Of a stretch of DNA of 64,000 nucleotides, positions 63,514 through 64,000 are shown in pieces. The notes beneath the pieces were generated by a model. That model had not been told where the DNA came from. It ran no database searches and saw only the letters and a list, made by a program, of their open reading frames with translations. The translations under genes were made by a program, and so were the position numbers. Source of the stretch: Moniliella sp. 'wahieum' (lineage: Eukaryota); contig RSEE01000082.1 of the NCBI GenBank assembly GCA_003971905.1, forward strand, positions 62,001 through 126,000, written 5' to 3'. How positions within the stretch are numbered: position 1 is the first letter of the stretch; each line of letters opens with the position of its first letter.

Positions 63514-64000
63514 ATGCCCGCCGGTGTGTATGGAGACGTGCCCCCCAGCGCCGCCGCGCCGCCCCCGCACGCCGCCTCGCCCAAGGCCCAGCTCGAGGCG
63601 GCCAAGGTCGAGATGACGCCCCAGGAGCGCCAGGTCGTCGAATCCATCCAGAGGATTTCGCTCAACACCCAGTTCTTCGGCTTGGGAGTCGGGTCGGCGC
63701 TGGGCTACGTGCTGACCAAGCGCAGGTTCCCGGCGCGAGCTGGGGCCAGCTCCTCGCCCCCATGATGGCCGGTGCCCTGACGTCTCCCTTCTGGAGCTTG
63801 CCCCTGGCCTACTTCGTGTCCAAGCCCTACGTCAAGCAGATCGAGGACGACAAACCTCCAATCCGTCATCCGACAGAGCGAACGCCGCCACATCCCCCTC
63901 AGCCAGATCCCCATCAACCCGCAGGCTGGCCAGGACGGCAACCAGGACCTGCCGCCCCCTGCCGATGGCGCGTATCCCCCGGGGGGCAGCTATGAGATGG
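63514..64000 (+). CDS. Hypothetical small membrane protein, probably running to the window edge
   Basis: Coding-like sequence with two hydrophobic segments (FFGLGVGSALGYVL; LLAPMMAGALTSPFWSLPLAYFV), divergent from makorin. Confidence 0.45.

Overview
GC-rich, intron-containing eukaryotic DNA, most likely from a basidiomycete fungus (inferred from gene families and GT-AG introns with CTRAC branch points). Single-base indels break even essential genes, which points to uncorrected long-read error, so gene ends are approximate and pseudogene calls are unsafe. The core backbone contains: an intron-containing tRNA-Cys, a Stealth/Xpt1-like phosphotransferase, RNR2, a TPT-family sugar transporter, an Rrn5-like Myb protein, MRPS17, an Old Yellow Enzyme, an unknown membrane protein, Cdt1-like, DUF3405, Itc1/ACF1-like, a GPI-anchored Cys-rich protein and makorin. 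Two repeat-rich islands (~7.5-26.2 kb and ~42.8-50.6 kb) interrupt it. They carry three diverged, intron-retaining, mosaic copies of an OPT oligopeptide-transporter gene in a shared, permuted cassette with CRE/Cnl1-like retroelement debris, LTRs and a secreted ferritin-like cargo gene. The second island is bracketed by a perfect 29-bp inverted repeat. Non-coding DNA throughout carries an unusual class of 7-bp microsatellites (a 6-bp A..T palindrome plus 1 nt) whose copy number differs between paralogous blocks.
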